Positions 19,339-29,352 are shown, counted from the first letter of the stretch. The stretch is 64,000 nt of DNA from Kiritimatiellia bacterium (GCA_040767085.1 JAXGPF010000013.1:129093-193092), one strand, 5' to 3'. Program-made: numbers and translations. The notes: generated by a model not told the origin, from the letters alone.

Positions 19339-20760
19339 ATGAAAACGCGGATTTCAAGGATATTATCAGGCAAGGAAGCAAGCCTGCTCCGCGCCGGTGC
19401 GGAAAGCATTTTGGAAAGCATTTCCGACGGAGTCTTCACGGTGGACGCTGATTGGCGCATTTCCTCGTTTAACCGCGCCGCGGAAAAGATCACCGGCATC
19501 CGGCGGCGCGAAGCCCTGGGGCGGCCGTGCGCCGAGGTGTTCCGCTCCAATATGTGCGAGGCGGATTGCGCGCTCCGGCAGACCGTCAAGACCGGCAAGC
19601 CGATGGTCAACAAGTCCGCCTTTATCGTCACCGCCGCCGGGCGGCGCATACCCATTTCCGTCTCCACCGCCTTGCTGCGCGATGCCCGCGGTAAAATCAC
19701 CGGCGGTGCGGAAACGTTCCGCGATTTGAGCCTCGTGGAGGAATTGCGCAAGGAATTGGCCGGCCGGTTTCACATGGGCGACCTGGTGAGTTGCAGCCCG
19801 CTCATGCGCCGTATTTTCGAAATCCTGCCCCAGGTGGCGGCCAGCGATGCGACGGTGTTGATCCTGGGCGAAACCGGCACCGGCAAGGAACTTTTAGCCC
19901 GCGCCATTCATGCGGAAAGCCGGCGGCATGCCCGGCCGTTCGTGGCGGTGAACTGCGGCGCCTTGCCCGATACGCTCCTGGAATCGGAACTCTTTGGTTA
20001 CGTCAAGGGCGCCTTTACCGGGGCCGCGGCCGACAAGCCCGGCCGTTTTGCCCTGGCCGAAGGTGGCACGGTGTTCTTGGATGAAATCGGCGACATCAGC
20101 CCGGCGTTGCAGGTCCGGCTGCTGCGCGTGCTGCAGGAAAAAACCTTTGAGCCGCTTGGCGGAATCCAGCCCATTAACGCCAATGTCCGGGTGCTTGCCG
20201 CCACGCATCGCGATCTGCCGGCGCAAATCCGCAAAGGACATTTCCGCGAGGATTTGTTTTACCGGCTGAATGTCATCAGCCTGGATTTGCCGCCCTTGCG
20301 CCGGCGTAAGGAGGATTTGCCGCTGCTGGTGGACCATTTTATCGCGCGGTATAACCGCCGGGACGGCAGAACCGTTGGCGGCGTGATGCCGGAAGTCATG
20401 GCGATTTTAATGGCGCATGATTATCCTGGTAATGTGCGGGAATTGGAAAACATTATCGAGCGCGCTCTGGTGCTGTGCCCGGCCGGCAAAATCGAACCGC
20501 GGCATTTGCCGCCGGAACTCGTTGCGTGGAGCGCGGCCGCCGGGGCCGCGCCGACCGCGGGCGCCGCCATGGCTGTGCAGAAACATGCCGTCGAGGCGCA
20601 GGCCATCCGCGCGGCGCTGGAGCGCAACCATTACAATCGCCTGGCAGCCGCTCGCGAACTGGGCGTGCATAAAACCACCTTGTTCCGTAAAATCCGGCAA
20701 TTAGGATTGGACTTGCCTCGAACGGATGGCCGCGCGCGCCGGCGCCGCCCCGACAATTAA
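19339..20760 (+). CDS. PAS-domain sigma54-dependent activator, OrpR-like
   Basis: PAS with C-X8-C-X3-C (CAEVFRSNMCEADC), GETGTGKE, ESELFG..GAFTGA, FLDEIGD, FREDLFYRL, Fis-type HTH. Confidence 0.92.
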   Translation: MKTRISRILSGKEASLLRAGAESILESISDGVFTVDADWRISSFNRAAEKITGIRRREALGRPCAEVFRSNMCEADCALRQTVKTGKPMVNKSAFIVTAAGRRIPISVSTALLRDARGKITGGAETFRDLSLVEELRKELAGRFHMGDLVSCSPLMRRIFEILPQVAASDATVLILGETGTGKELLARAIHAESRRHARPFVAVNCGALPDTLLESELFGYVKGAFTGAAADKPGRFALAEGGTVFLDEIGDISPALQVRLLRVLQEKTFEPLGGIQPINANVRVLAATHRDLPAQIRKGHFREDLFYRLNVISLDLPPLRRRKEDLPLLVDHFIARYNRRDGRTVGGVMPEVMAILMAHDYPGNVRELENIIERALVLCPAGKIEPRHLPPELVAWSAAAGAAPTAGAAMAVQKHAVEAQAIRAALERNHYNRLAAARELGVHKTTLFRKIRQLGLDLPRTDGRARRRRPDN

Positions 20761-21022
20761 TGCTACGGAAATCCTCCCCCGGGAAAAATCTACCCCCAAA
20801 CGGTTCATTTCCGGGCGTGATCATTACCCCGTCCGCCTTCTGCTGGCAGGGGGCATTTGGCGCCGGTCATATTATTCTTTTGCGGTTCATCTCACTAATA
20901 AATCCAGCTTGCCTGAAACACCTTACGCGTTAGCGGCAATGGACCTCTAAGCCGGATGCGTTATTGCCATGCCGGTGGCAGCGTGCGGTGCAATCCGCGG
21001 TTCAAGGTACTGGCGTAAAAGT

Positions 21023-21071
21023 TGCGATAATGCTGCTGTTAGTGCTTGTATAAGTGCAATAAAGCTACTGT
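21023..21071 (+). promoter_or_regulatory. Candidate tandem upstream activator sites
   Basis: TGCGATAATGCTGCTGT (21023) and TGCAATAAAGCTACTGT (21055), 32 bp apart, about 100-135 bp upstream of the sigma54 promoter. Confidence 0.5.
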
Positions 21072-21155
21072 AAACGCGGTCAACATTTTTGCAAAACAAT
21101 GCTTATGTCATTGATGGAGAATATTTAAAGTAAATATTTGGTTTAAATTCGTTGT

Positions 21156-21172
21156 TTGGCACGATTTCTGCA
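21156..21172 (+). promoter_or_regulatory. Sigma54 (-24/-12) promoter
   Basis: TTGGCACGATTTCTGCA (GG-N10-GC) directly upstream of the cluster. Confidence 0.88.
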
Positions 21173-21184
21173 TTATAAAGGAAC

Positions 21185-21583
21185 GTGCAACTTGGATTGA
21201 CAATTTGGAATGGGCGGATTTCGCCGGTGCTGGATGTGGCGCGCCGGTTGTTGCTGGTGGAGGTGGAAGATGGGCGGGTGTCGGACCGGCGGGAGGAATT
21301 GCTGCCCGGTGTTTCTCCGCCGGCTCAAGTTGAGCGGCTGGCGGCGCTGGCGCCGCAGGTTTTGATTTGCGGCGCCATCTCGCAGGCAATGGTGGCTTTG
21401 CTGGCAGGCTTGCCGATGCAGGTGCTGCCGTTTGTGGCCGGTGAAACGGAGACAGTGCTTCAGGCTTGGCTGGACGGGTCGCTGGCAAGCCCGGGGCTGG
21501 CCATGCCCGGGTGTTGCGGCCGGCGCCGGCGCGGGTTTGGATGCGGCCCGGCGCGGGGCCGTGGCGGAAGGAGATGTTTTTAA
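21185..21583 (+). CDS. NifB/NifX-family (FeMo-cofactor-binding fold) protein with a Gly/Arg/Cys tail
   Basis: WNGRISPVLDVA, VLICGAIS, VLPFVAG, MPGCCGRRRRG; AAAGGA RBS and GTG start. Confidence 0.8.
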   Translation: MQLGLTIWNGRISPVLDVARRLLLVEVEDGRVSDRREELLPGVSPPAQVERLAALAPQVLICGAISQAMVALLAGLPMQVLPFVAGETETVLQAWLDGSLASPGLAMPGCCGRRRRGFGCGPARGRGGRRCF

Positions 21584-21641
21584 CCGGTGGCTCAGTGACG
21601 GCGGCAATATGGTTCGTATTGGTTGATTGGCACACATAATA

Positions 21642-21894
21642 CCTGAATTTTGCACGAATATTGGTATTGAAATTATTTTAAGCAATCATAATGCGTGCAA
21701 ATTAAAATTGCACCGTTATTTATTATCAACCATATGGTTACACAAGCATAGTGTCCGGAAACACCAATATTCGCCTGCAGCCGGCCGCGCGATTTTGGCG
21801 CAGGGCTTTGTTGCTCGGGGTTTTGCGGTATATTTATACAGCGGCACCCCTCGCGCCGCGCCCTGCGCCAAACTTGCGCGGTGCAAAATTCAGG
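21642..21894. mobile_element. MITE, CCTGAATTTTGCAC family, carrying a structured insert
   Basis: Perfect 14-bp TIR CCTGAATTTTGCAC / GTGCAAAATTCAGG, TA on both sides; related copies at 39264, 41786 and 60887. Confidence 0.75.
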
Positions 21895-21915
21895 TAATAG
21901 AAAGAAGGCTTTGAA

Positions 21916-22278
21916 ATGAAAATCGCAATACCAGCGGCGGGTAATGATGTTAATTCCAACCTGGATCCCCGGTTCGGGCGCGCCAAGTATTTTTTGGTGG
22001 CCGATACGGAGTCGGACGCGGTGGAGGCGCACGACAATACGCAGAATTTGAATGCAGCGCAGGGGGCGGGTATCCAGGCTGCGCAAAATGTGTCAAATCT
22101 GGGCGTGGCGGCGGTGATTTCCGGCAATGTCGGGCCCAAGGCTTTTCAGGTGTTGAACGCCGCCGGCATCAAGGTTTACCTGTGCGAGCGCGCCACGGTC
22201 GCGGAGGCGATCCGGCGGTTCAAGGCTGGGGAATTGAAGGAAGTTGACGCCGCCAATGTCGCGGGGCACTGGATGTGA
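21916..22278 (+). CDS. NifB/NifX family protein (orange protein/MTH1175-like)
   Basis: MKIAIP, DPRFGRAKYF, GAGIQAAQ, GNVGPKAF..L.AAGIKVY, GHW end. Confidence 0.9.
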   Translation: MKIAIPAAGNDVNSNLDPRFGRAKYFLVADTESDAVEAHDNTQNLNAAQGAGIQAAQNVSNLGVAAVISGNVGPKAFQVLNAAGIKVYLCERATVAEAIRRFKAGELKEVDAANVAGHWM

Positions 22279-22337
22279 GCGGATTGGAAGCACAGCGCGT
22301 AAGTGAAGGATAATAAAATCAGCGAAAGGAGGCAGTT

Positions 22338-22739
22338 ATGCCTGCAGGAGATGGAACTGGACCGATGGGAATGGGCCCTATGACCGGACGCGCGGCTGGC
22401 TATTGCGCCGGCTACGGCATGCCCGGGTACATGAATCCCGTGCCGGGACGCGGTTTCGGCGCGGGGTATGGCCGCGGCGGCGGATTCTGGGGCCGCGGCG
22501 GAGGCCGCGGTTGCCGCAACCGCTATTACGCCACCGGGTTAACCGGATGGCAGCGCGCAGGATATGGAGCACCCGTGTGGGGCGGAGTTCCGACCGCGCC
22601 GGTTGCGCCGTATGGCGTTGCGCCCACCCGCGAGCAGCAGCTTGACGCCATGAAAGGCCAGGCGTCGTATTTCGAGGATGCCTTGAAGGATCTTCGGAAA
22701 CGCATGGAAGAACTGGAAGCGGAAAAGTCAGACAAGTAA
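22338..22739 (+). CDS. DUF5320 family Gly/Arg-rich protein
   Basis: MPAGDGTGPMGMGPMTGRAAGYC, GRG repeats, C-terminal coiled coil. Confidence 0.88.
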   Translation: MPAGDGTGPMGMGPMTGRAAGYCAGYGMPGYMNPVPGRGFGAGYGRGGGFWGRGGGRGCRNRYYATGLTGWQRAGYGAPVWGGVPTAPVAPYGVAPTREQQLDAMKGQASYFEDALKDLRKRMEELEAEKSDK

Positions 22740-22745
22740 AATCAT

Positions 22746-22778
22746 GCCGCACGCCATGTCTGGAACATGGCGTGCGGC
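22746..22778. repeat. Intergenic 13-bp perfect hairpin
   Basis: GCCGCACGCCATG-tctggaa-CATGGCGTGCGGC. Confidence 0.55.
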
Positions 22779-22798
22779 CCGCTGAATGTGAGGTGTTT

Positions 22799-23032
22799 AT
22801 GCCCAGGGGAGATGGAACTGGACCAATGGGTGGCGGCCCCGGCACCGGCCGGGGCAGTGGTATGGGCGGCGGCATGGGCGCGGGCCGCGGGCGCATGGGC
22901 GGTTTTGGACTCGGCGCCGGCGGGAATTGCGTTTGCCCGAAGTGCGGCAAAACGGCGCCCCATGAGCGCGGCGCGCCCTGCTCGCAGATGCAGTGTCCGG
23001 CCTGTGGGACGGCGATGACTCGTGCGCAATGA
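22799..23032 (+). CDS. Small DUF5320-like protein with a Cys-rich metal-binding tail
   Basis: MPRGDGTGP..., CVCPKCG...PC...CPACG; GAGGTG RBS. Confidence 0.82.
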   Translation: MPRGDGTGPMGGGPGTGRGSGMGGGMGAGRGRMGGFGLGAGGNCVCPKCGKTAPHERGAPCSQMQCPACGTAMTRAQ

Positions 23033-23092
23033 CGCGATCTACAAACCAGGCTTTGCCCACAGCCCAATGCATGCTATCATCCATTCCACCGT

Positions 23093-23285
23093 TGTGGCTT
23101 GAATTCGGTTCGAAAAGAACGGCGGCGATCTTGCCCCATCTGCCGTCTGCTGACGGGCGTCCCTACGGGCGGGCTTCCCGGAAGATGGGCAACCGCAAGG
23201 TTAGCCCCGCTCCCGGAGCGCCCGCATCTGGGGCAAGCTTGCCTTGTCTTTTAGAATCCCTGCGGGCGCCCGAATTCAAACCACA
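23093..23285. mobile_element. MITE-like element with 16-bp TIRs and an internal branched hairpin
   Basis: TGTGGCTTGAATTCGG / CCGAATTCAAACCACA (15/16); inner CTTGCCCCA / TGGGGCAAG; AACC-GCAA-GGTT tetraloop. Confidence 0.65.
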
Positions 23286-23355
23286 CATGCCCCCATGCTT
23301 CGCGCAGCGCTACGCATAAAAATTGTCTTTAAATTTCAACCTAAAGAAATCCATC

Positions 23356-25182
23356 ATGATTTTAGCGATTGCCAGCGGCAAGGGCGGGACCGGCAAGACA
23401 ACCTTTGCCGTTAATCTGGCCTATGCGCTTGCCCAAAGGGGAGAACGGGTCAGACTTTTGGATTGCGATGTCGAGGAACCGAACGACCACTTGTTTGTCC
23501 GGCCAAAATTCACCGCCCGGAATCCGGTCATGGCGCTGAAACCGGTCTGGGATTCATCCAAATGCGATGCCTGCGGCAAATGCGCCGCCGCCTGCAATTA
23601 TAACGCGATTGCGGTGGTTAAAAACAAGGTTTTGATATTCAACGAACTGTGCCATTCCTGCGGCGCGTGCTCGTTTGTCTGTCCGTGTGACGCCTTGTCG
23701 GAACGGGACGCTGAAATTGGGGAAGTGGAAGCGGCGTTGGATCATCACCCGTTTGGGTTCGCGCATGGAAAGTTGAACATCGGCGAGGCGCTGGCGCCCA
23801 ATGTCGTCCGCGCGGTTAAAAAACATATTGATCCGCAGGCGATCAACATCCTCGATGCCGCGCCGGGCACGGCATGCCCGGTGGTGGCGGCCGTCGGCGG
23901 CGCCGATTGTGTATTGCTGGTGACCGAACCTACGCCGTTCGGTTTGAACGATTTGAAACTCGCCGTGGGCTTGACTTTGAAAATGGGGGTGCCGACAGGC
24001 ATTCTGGTAAATCGTTCGGACGGCAAGGATGCCATTATTGCCGACTATGCCCGGCGCGTCGGATTGCCGATCGCAGGGCGCATTCCATTCAAACGGGAAT
24101 ACGCCGAAGCCTATTCCGGCGGCGGGATCCTGGTGGAAACGTTCCCGGAATTGCGCGCCAACCTGCTGCAGATTTTCGATCGCCTGGCGACCGCCACCCC
24201 CCCGGCGCCGGCGGAAGAGCCGTTTGCCGTCTCCCCTGGCATTCCGCCGCCGTTAGCTGCGGGCAATGCGGATGATTACCGGGAGATCACCGTCATCAGC
24301 GGCAAGGGCGGCACGGGGAAAACCACGGTGGTGGCATCCTTGGCCCATCTGGCGCATAACAAGATTATGGCTGATAATGATGTGGATGCCGCCGATTTGC
24401 ATCTGCTGCTGACCCCGGTAGTGCGCGAGCAGCATGATTTTATCGGTAGCGCCAAGGCGGAGATCATCTCCGACAAGTGCATCGGCTGCGGTAAATGCGC
24501 GCAAGTTTGCCATTTCGACGCGATCCATTTTGACGGCTCCGCCAATGACATTGTCGGTTTGACATACCGGATTGACCCCCTGGCCTGCGAAGGTTGCGGG
24601 CTGTGTCCCATGGTTTGCCCGGTTGAGGCGATCCGCAAAACGCCGAATGTCACCGGTCAATGGTATATCTCCAGCACGGATTTCGGCCCGATGGTCCACG
24701 CCCGCCTGGGCATGGCCGAGGAAAATTCCGGGCGGCTGGTGGCGCAGGTGCGCCGGCGCGCCGCGGAACTGGCCGGCAAATTGAAGCAGAGTTTGATCCT
24801 GGGCGATGGCCCTCCGGGCACGGGCTGCCCGGTGATCGCCTCGGTCTCCGGCGCCGACCTGGTGTTAATCGTTACCGAGCCGACAGTCTCCGGCGTCCAT
24901 GACATGGAGCGGGTGCTCCAACTGACGCGGCATTTCCAGGTGCCGGCAGCGGTGGTGATCAACAAGGCGGACTTGAACGCGGAACAGGCCGGCCGCATCG
25001 AAAAAATTGCGCGGGAGCATAATGCGCGGGTGATTGGCCGCATACCATTCGACCGCGCGGTCAACGACGCCTTGATGGCGGGTAAAACCGTCATTGCCCA
25101 TGGCTCCAGCCCGGCCGCTGACGCCTTGCGCGCTGTCTGGCATGCATTGGAGGCGGAACTGGCGCAGTTGCGCGGCGGTTGA
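23356..25182 (+). CDS. Tandem-fused MinD-superfamily P-loop ATPase, each half with an inserted ferredoxin domain
   Basis: Two SGKGGTGKTT motifs, DCDVEEPN and DNDVDAAD, four CxxCxxCxxxC motifs, two PGT.CPV and VTEPT motifs. Confidence 0.9.
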   Translation: MILAIASGKGGTGKTTFAVNLAYALAQRGERVRLLDCDVEEPNDHLFVRPKFTARNPVMALKPVWDSSKCDACGKCAAACNYNAIAVVKNKVLIFNELCHSCGACSFVCPCDALSERDAEIGEVEAALDHHPFGFAHGKLNIGEALAPNVVRAVKKHIDPQAINILDAAPGTACPVVAAVGGADCVLLVTEPTPFGLNDLKLAVGLTLKMGVPTGILVNRSDGKDAIIADYARRVGLPIAGRIPFKREYAEAYSGGGILVETFPELRANLLQIFDRLATATPPAPAEEPFAVSPGIPPPLAAGNADDYREITVISGKGGTGKTTVVASLAHLAHNKIMADNDVDAADLHLLLTPVVREQHDFIGSAKAEIISDKCIGCGKCAQVCHFDAIHFDGSANDIVGLTYRIDPLACEGCGLCPMVCPVEAIRKTPNVTGQWYISSTDFGPMVHARLGMAEENSGRLVAQVRRRAAELAGKLKQSLILGDGPPGTGCPVIASVSGADLVLIVTEPTVSGVHDMERVLQLTRHFQVPAAVVINKADLNAEQAGRIEKIAREHNARVIGRIPFDRAVNDALMAGKTVIAHGSSPAADALRAVWHALEAELAQLRGG

Positions 25183-25264
25183 AACGCGGCGTTGAGGTCC
25201 GGGCGCATGCCTGGTGCCGCGCACATGGCGGCCGGCCGGCTTGGAAGACGGAGATTGGCAATAT

Positions 25265-25615
25265 ATGACTCAAAACATGGATCAGGACGACTCGTATTTC
25301 GGGCGGATGAACGACCCGGTGGCTTCGGCGTCGCTCACGGGGCCGTGCGGCGACACAATGGAATTTTACCTGGCGATCCGCAACGACCTTATCGCAGACG
25401 TTAAATACTACACGCAGGGATGCGGCAACACCCGGAATTGCGGCCGCGCCGTCGCCCGCCGGGCGCAGGGACGCAAAATCACCGACGCCCTTTCAATCAG
25501 CGCCGGGGAAATCATCCGTTCCGGGGAATGCGAGCCGGCGGCCGGACGGCATTGCGCCATTCTGGCGGTCAGCGCCTTGTATCGGGCAATCGCTGATTAC
25601 TTGCTGGCGCCGTAA
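25265..25615 (+). CDS. IscU/NifU-N-like Fe-S scaffold protein
   Basis: GPCGDTMEFYL, GCGNT, HCAILA; GGAG RBS. Confidence 0.85.
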   Translation: MTQNMDQDDSYFGRMNDPVASASLTGPCGDTMEFYLAIRNDLIADVKYYTQGCGNTRNCGRAVARRAQGRKITDALSISAGEIIRSGECEPAAGRHCAILAVSALYRAIADYLLAP

Positions 25616-25652
25616 CTTTTATCGTCAAACCGCGGATTAACAGGAGCGAAAA

Positions 25653-26996
25653 ATGCGTAAAACGGATGTTTTGATTGTTGGCGGCAGCGCGGCCGGCGCC
25701 ACGGCGGCCGTCACCGCCCGGCGGCATTACCCGGACAAGGAAGTCTTGTTGGTCCGCAAGGAGGAAAAAGTGCTGATTCCCTGCGGAATTCCCTATATTT
25801 TCGGCACTTTGGGCGATCCGTCAAAGAACATCATTCCCGACGCCATGCTGACCAGGGATGGCGTCAAGATTGCGATTGAAACGGTTGAAAAACTTGATGC
25901 CGTCAAGTTGGTGGTAACTACGGACAAGGGCGAGATTGGCTGTGAACGGTTGGTTTGGGCCGCCGGATCCATGCCTGGGAGCTTGCCGGTGCCGGGGTTC
26001 GATCTGGATGGCGCATTTCCCATCTTGAAGGATGTTGACCATCTTGCCGCATTGCAAAAAAGATTACAGTCAGCCGCCAATGTGGTGGTGATTGGTTGCG
26101 GTTTCATCGGGATTGAGTTTGCCGATGAAATCAACAAACTGGGCGGCAAGAAAATCACCGTGCTGGAGATTGCCCCTTATTGCCTGAGCCTCGCGTACGA
26201 CGAGGAGTTTTGCGCGGAAATGCAGGCGTTGATAAAATCCCGGGGCATTGATGTGCGCACCAATGCCAAAGTTGCCGCGATCCAAGGCGCGGAGCGGGTT
26301 GAATCGGTGAAATTGACCAGCGGCGAAGTTATTCCGGCGGATGTGGTGATTTTTGGCGTGGGGGCGGTGCCGAATGTTGAAATGGCCAGGACCGCCGGCC
26401 TGAAGCTTGGTCCGACCGGCGCCATTGCCGTTGATCGCGCCATGCGCGCCTCGCATAAAAATGTGTTCGCCTGCGGCGATTGCGCGGAAAAGATATCTTT
26501 TTTCAGCGGGCGTCCCAGCCCCTTGCGCTTGGCGTCTATTGCCACTTTGGAAGCGCGCATTGCCGGCGCCAATCTGTTCAGCACCCGGCGCGAACACGAC
26601 GGGACGGTGGGGGTTTGGTCAACCGCCATCGGCGATTTGGCCATGGGCACGGCTGGATTTACAGAAGGGGCGGCGCAGCAAAATGGCTACGATTGCGTAT
26701 CCGTGGAGGTGGAAGGTCCCAACCGGCATCCGGGCGGCATGCCAGGCGCCGCGCCCACTAAATTGAAACTGGTTTTTGAAAGGCATACCGGAACTTTGCT
26801 GGGCGGTCAGGTGCGGGGCAATGCTTCCGCCGGGGAGATCATCAATATCATCGCCGCCTGCATCCAGAAACGCATGCTGGCCGAGGACATCGCCACCTTC
26901 CAGATGGGCACACATCCTGCATTGACGGCCTCGCCCATCGCCTATCATCTTGTCAATGCGGCTGAAATGGCCATCGCCCGTATGCGCCGGTGCTAG
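25653..26996 (+). CDS. FAD-dependent pyridine nucleotide-disulfide oxidoreductase (CoA-disulfide reductase/NADH oxidase-like)
   Basis: VGGSAAG, active-site PCGIPY, VIGCGFIGIE, FACGDC. Confidence 0.88.
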   Translation: MRKTDVLIVGGSAAGATAAVTARRHYPDKEVLLVRKEEKVLIPCGIPYIFGTLGDPSKNIIPDAMLTRDGVKIAIETVEKLDAVKLVVTTDKGEIGCERLVWAAGSMPGSLPVPGFDLDGAFPILKDVDHLAALQKRLQSAANVVVIGCGFIGIEFADEINKLGGKKITVLEIAPYCLSLAYDEEFCAEMQALIKSRGIDVRTNAKVAAIQGAERVESVKLTSGEVIPADVVIFGVGAVPNVEMARTAGLKLGPTGAIAVDRAMRASHKNVFACGDCAEKISFFSGRPSPLRLASIATLEARIAGANLFSTRREHDGTVGVWSTAIGDLAMGTAGFTEGAAQQNGYDCVSVEVEGPNRHPGGMPGAAPTKLKLVFERHTGTLLGGQVRGNASAGEIINIIAACIQKRMLAEDIATFQMGTHPALTASPIAYHLVNAAEMAIARMRRC

Positions 26997-27005
26997 GAGG
27001 CAAAC

Positions 27006-27365
27006 ATGTTGCGGCAAATGCTAAAAAGCAAAATCCATCGCGCGGTTATCACCGACGTCGCACTCAATTACGAGGGCAGCATCGCCTGCGATCCGGACTT
27101 GTTACGCGCTGCCGATATTCTGCCCCGGGAAAAAGTGCTGGTGGTTAATTTGAACAACGGCGCCCGGTTCGAAACTTACGCCATTGCCGGCGTGGAAAAT
27201 CGGATCGGCCTGCGCGGCGCCGCCGCCCGCCTGGGGCAGCCGGGCGACCTGGTGATCATAATGGCTTTTGGCTTGATGGATGACGCCGAAGCCGCCGCGC
27301 GCCAGCCGGCGGTGGTGCTGGTTGGCGGCGACAACCATCCGATAATACAGCAGAAGAAGGGATGA
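27006..27365 (+). CDS. panD: Aspartate 1-decarboxylase
   Basis: MLKSKIHRA, YEGSI self-cleavage site, NGARFETYAI, GAAARL..PGDLVII. Confidence 0.93.
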   Translation: MLRQMLKSKIHRAVITDVALNYEGSIACDPDLLRAADILPREKVLVVNLNNGARFETYAIAGVENRIGLRGAAARLGQPGDLVIIMAFGLMDDAEAAARQPAVVLVGGDNHPIIQQKKG

Positions 27366-27371
27366 TTCAGC

Positions 27372-27635
27372 ATGCCGACTTATGAATATGAATGTAAAAG
27401 TTGCGGGCATCATTTTGAAAAGTTCCAGGCAATGTCGGCGGCCCAGATTAAAAAATGCCCCGAATGCGGCCAAGCGGTCCGGCGTCTGATCGGCCGCGGC
27501 GCGGGCGTGATTTTCAAGGGCGGCGGTTTCCATGCCACGGATGATGGCGCCGGCGCCGCTTGCCCCCTGGAATCAACCGGACGGACTTGCTGCGGCCGCG
27601 CGTCCCGCTGCGATACGCCGCGGTGCGCGGATTGA
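27372..27635 (+). CDS. FmdB-family zinc ribbon protein
   Basis: MPTYEYECKSCG..FE..CPECG, IFKGGGF. Confidence 0.88.
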   Translation: MPTYEYECKSCGHHFEKFQAMSAAQIKKCPECGQAVRRLIGRGAGVIFKGGGFHATDDGAGAACPLESTGRTCCGRASRCDTPRCAD

Positions 27636-27679
27636 TTGGGCGCTGTGGATTATTTCCGGATTTACTGGAATTGAGAGTG

Positions 27680-28660
27680 ATGTTGATGCATAAGCGATAT
27701 AAATATGTTTTCGGGCCGGTGCCCTCGCGGCGCTTGGGTCGTTCGTTGGGCGTGGACCTGGTGCCCTTCAAGCATTGTTCCTACGATTGCATTTATTGCC
27801 AACTGGGGCGCACCACCCGCAAGACGATCGAGCGCCGGACCTTTGTGCCGCTGCGTTCGATCCTTGCGGAATTGCGCCGCAAGTTGGAGGAATGCCGTCC
27901 GGATTACATCACCCTGTCCGGGTCCGGCGAGCCGACGCTTTACCGGCCGCTGGATCGGTTGATCGGCGGGATCAAGCAACTGACGAAAATTCCCGTGGCG
28001 GTTTTGACCAACGGTTCCCTGCTGTGGCAACCGGCGGTGCGGCGGGAACTGCTTTCAGCCGATTTGGTGGTGCCGTCGCTGGATGCCGGCGATGACGCCG
28101 CTTTCCAGAATGTCAACCGGCCGCATCCGGACATTGCTTTTGACCGGATGGTTGAGGGATTGATCCAGTTCCGGGAGGTTTACCGCGGGACGCTCTGGCT
28201 GGAAGTTTTCATCCTGGGCGGTATGACGGCCATTGATTCCGAGGCGGCCAAGATCGCCAAAATTGCGCGGCGCATCCGGGCTGACCGCATCCAACTCAAT
28301 ACGGTCACGCGCCCGCCGGCGGAAGAATTCGCGTTTCCTGTCCCGCGGGCGCGCATGCTTAATCTGCGCCGGCTGTTCGGCCGGCGCGCGGCGGTGATTG
28401 CTGATTATCGGGCGCCAGCCGGGCCGGTGGCCGGCGCGGGGGATGAAGCAGCCGTTATGACAATGCTGGCGCGCCGTCCCTGCACACTGAAGGATATTGC
28501 TGATGGGTTGAATTTGCATTCAACGCAGGCGGGCAAATTGCTTGAGCATTTACTGACCGATCACAGGGTGGAAGAGCAGCGGGTGGGTTGTAAGGCTTAT
28601 TATCAAATCCGCGCCCGGTCGCGAAGCTCCGGCGGGAATTCGGCCGGTGGCAGGCTTTAA
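27680..28660 (+). CDS. Radical SAM Fe-S protein
   Basis: YVFGPVPSRRLGRSLGVD, CSYDCIYC, SGSGEPTL. Confidence 0.9.
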   Translation: MLMHKRYKYVFGPVPSRRLGRSLGVDLVPFKHCSYDCIYCQLGRTTRKTIERRTFVPLRSILAELRRKLEECRPDYITLSGSGEPTLYRPLDRLIGGIKQLTKIPVAVLTNGSLLWQPAVRRELLSADLVVPSLDAGDDAAFQNVNRPHPDIAFDRMVEGLIQFREVYRGTLWLEVFILGGMTAIDSEAAKIAKIARRIRADRIQLNTVTRPPAEEFAFPVPRARMLNLRRLFGRRAAVIADYRAPAGPVAGAGDEAAVMTMLARRPCTLKDIADGLNLHSTQAGKLLEHLLTDHRVEEQRVGCKAYYQIRARSRSSGGNSAGGRL

Positions 28661-29283
28661 TGTTCAGACATGTTATTTTAGAATTGCGGCGGCATGCTCC
28701 TTACACGGCGCTGGGCACTTTGTCCGGAGTCGTGATCATGGCGCTGCTGGCGTTGTTCCGGGTTCCACAGACGGTTTCCGAGGGGCTGTTCTGGTTCGCG
28801 CATCCCCTGCATGTGCTCTTGAGCGCGTATGTTACCGCCTCAATGTATCGCATGCACGCCCGGGGCGGGATTGTTCCGACATTTATCATCGGTTATGTCG
28901 GATCGGTAGGTATTGCGACTTTGAGCGATTCGATCATTCCGTTTTTTGGCGAATGGATGCTCCAAATGCCCAATCGGGAATGGCATGTGGGTTTCATTGA
29001 GAAATGGTGGCTTGTCAATCCCCTGGCGCTGCTTGGTATTGCCCTTGCGTATCCATGGCCCAAGACCCGGCTGCCGCATGCCGGCCATGTATGGCTCAGC
29101 ACATGGGCGTCCCTGTTTCACATGTCCATGGCAATTCAAATACAGATTGCCCCGATATCCATGTCCATTATCGCCGTTTTTCTGTTCCTGGCGGTTCTGC
29201 TGCCTTGCTGCGCCAGCGACATTATTTTTCCTCTGCTGTTCGTTCACGAATGCTGTCCTGGGCGGCGTAAGGAGAAAAGTTGA
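28660..29283 (+). CDS. Hypothetical multi-pass membrane protein with His/Cys motifs
   Basis: Hydrophobic segments, HAPYT, HPLHV, PHAGHV, PCCASDIIFP; translationally coupled. Confidence 0.75.
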   Translation: MFRHVILELRRHAPYTALGTLSGVVIMALLALFRVPQTVSEGLFWFAHPLHVLLSAYVTASMYRMHARGGIVPTFIIGYVGSVGIATLSDSIIPFFGEWMLQMPNREWHVGFIEKWWLVNPLALLGIALAYPWPKTRLPHAGHVWLSTWASLFHMSMAIQIQIAPISMSIIAVFLFLAVLLPCCASDIIFPLLFVHECCPGRRKEKS

Positions 29284-29352
29284 TTGAAATTGGCGCGCGC
29301 TTCGGGCAGGTTCCGGGTGTTTACGGTAAAATTATTAGTTTGAGCTGTTGCA

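Noticed and set aside
21627-21643. Second sigma54 promoter TTGGCAC before the orange-protein gene
   Set aside because: No GC at the -12 position, with or without the adjacent MITE.
29290-29308. Sigma54 promoter before hydG
   Set aside because: TTGGCGC is present but the GG-N10-GC spacing is not met.
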